Shown piece by piece: positions 62,941 to 64,000 of a DNA stretch of 64,000 nucleotides (positions within the stretch are counted from its first letter, which is position 1; every line of letters begins with the position of its first letter). Source of the stretch: Camelus dromedarius (lineage: Eukaryota); the NCBI RefSeq assembly GCF_036321535.1, contig NC_087459.1:17918001-17982000 (forward strand), given 5' to 3'. Under the pieces are notes generated by a model, which was not told the origin of the DNA, did not search any database, and saw nothing but the letters and a program-made list of their open reading frames with translations. Made by a program: the position numbers and the translations under genes.

Positions 62941-63424
62941 TTACGATACTTTTCTGCTCTCCCAAAGGGGACAGATGAATCAATGTGATCTGGCCGCTGT
63001 CCACCACTTTTCCGGTTCCTCCCATCGCTCTAGCCTCCTGTCTTTTCTTGAAACACAGCACGCTGGAACTCACCAGTCTGCACTCATTGTTTCCTCTAAC
63101 CTGAAACAAATAATTTGCCACTTCAGAAAAGAGACTACCTGGGAGGACCTCCTTTGTCATGGGAACCAAATTTTTCAAAAACAAAAAGATCCTTTGTGTA
63201 CAGTTGTGAATATTTTTTGCCATTTATCATTCTTACCCCAGGCATACTCTGATTCAGTGCATACAGTAATTCTTGAAGACTCTATGTATCTAAGAAGCTA
63301 AATCCACAAGTTAGAAAAACTGGTACACTCGCCTTCTTAAGAGCAAACTGATCACGTTCCATGGCATGCTCAAAAGCCTTAGGAGCCTCTACAATATGCC
63401 CTTCCTCTCCGTGTTGAGCTGAGC

Positions 63425-63609
63425 TTTTTAAAGACAGCTTTATTGGTTAATAATTTACAGGACATAAAATTTACTCACTGTAAATACACAATTCAGTGAT
63501 TTTTAGTAAATTTAGAAAGTTGTGCTATCTCCATATGAACATTTCCATCAGCCAAAAATTTCCTTCCTGCCCATTTACACTTAATCTCTGCTCCCACCCC
63601 CTGCCCTAG
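63425..63609 (-). mobile_element. L1MB-type 3' end
   Basis: acagctttattggttaataatttacaggacataaaatttactcactgtaaatacacaattcagtgatttttagtaaattt. Confidence 0.75.
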
Positions 63610-64000
63610 TGAAACAGAGCAGGACCCAGTGGTACCCTCCCAAGTGCAAAAGCCTTTCCATGTCCACTTCTCATTTGTAGGAAAAAGGTTTCAATCTCTT
63701 AGACTTTCCCAGTTTTAAAACGCAGATTCAAACAGTTACTGATTAGAGGAGTGAGGGGATGCAGAAACAAAGGAAAGGTAGCCAAGAAATGAAAGCGCAG
63801 GGCAGTCAAGAAATAGGTACAAGGTCCCCGTTCCTCCCCAAGGATATACGTAACAATCTGATACAAATCTCTGAGTTCTACAGCAACTAAGGCCCCCACC
63901 CAGGTGGAGGAGGGTAACTTTAGCACATGGACCACAGACTGGTTAGAACCAGAAGGCTCATGATTAAGATTTCTGGAACACCACCCTACTACCTCACCAC
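63610..64000 (+). mobile_element. ERV1-type LTR (cut by window end)
   Basis: Begins TG (tgaaacagagcaggaccc...) and abruptly interrupts the L1MB; resembles laurasiatherian ERV1 LTRs as I recall them. Confidence 0.55.

Noticed and set aside
62720-64000. Possible GGA2 3' end or a head-to-head gene
   Set aside because: Region is accounted for by MIR, L2, L1 and LTR sequence; no coding signal

Overview
Mammalian genomic window containing one complete protein-coding gene, COG7 (conserved oligomeric Golgi complex subunit 7), on the minus strand. The tRNA-derived SINEs and the young L1 3' UTR family point to a camelid, which is an inference from memory. I traced 17 coding exons by hand from the ATG at 62421 to the TGA at 3672. 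All 16 introns are GT-AG, the phases are consistent, and the exons sum to 2313 nt (770 aa plus stop), matching human COG7 as I recall it. A CpG-island, TATA-less promoter with an ETS palindrome and an RFX X-box lies at about 62150-62720. The rest is intronic or intergenic DNA dense in L1, L2, MIR, MER DNA transposons, MaLR/ERV LTRs and SINEs, with four N-gaps that sit in or next to L1 sequence. I see no second gene, RNA gene or clearly novel biological system. The best leads are unverified splicing and RNA-structure hypotheses: an inverted pair of near-identical young L1s flanking exons 10-14, two in-frame microexon candidates, several poison-exon candidates, an unexplained 33-bp inverted repeat, and an unusual 3'-end signal arrangement. 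Repeat boundaries and subfamily names are approximate because no RepeatMasker/Dfam search was possible.
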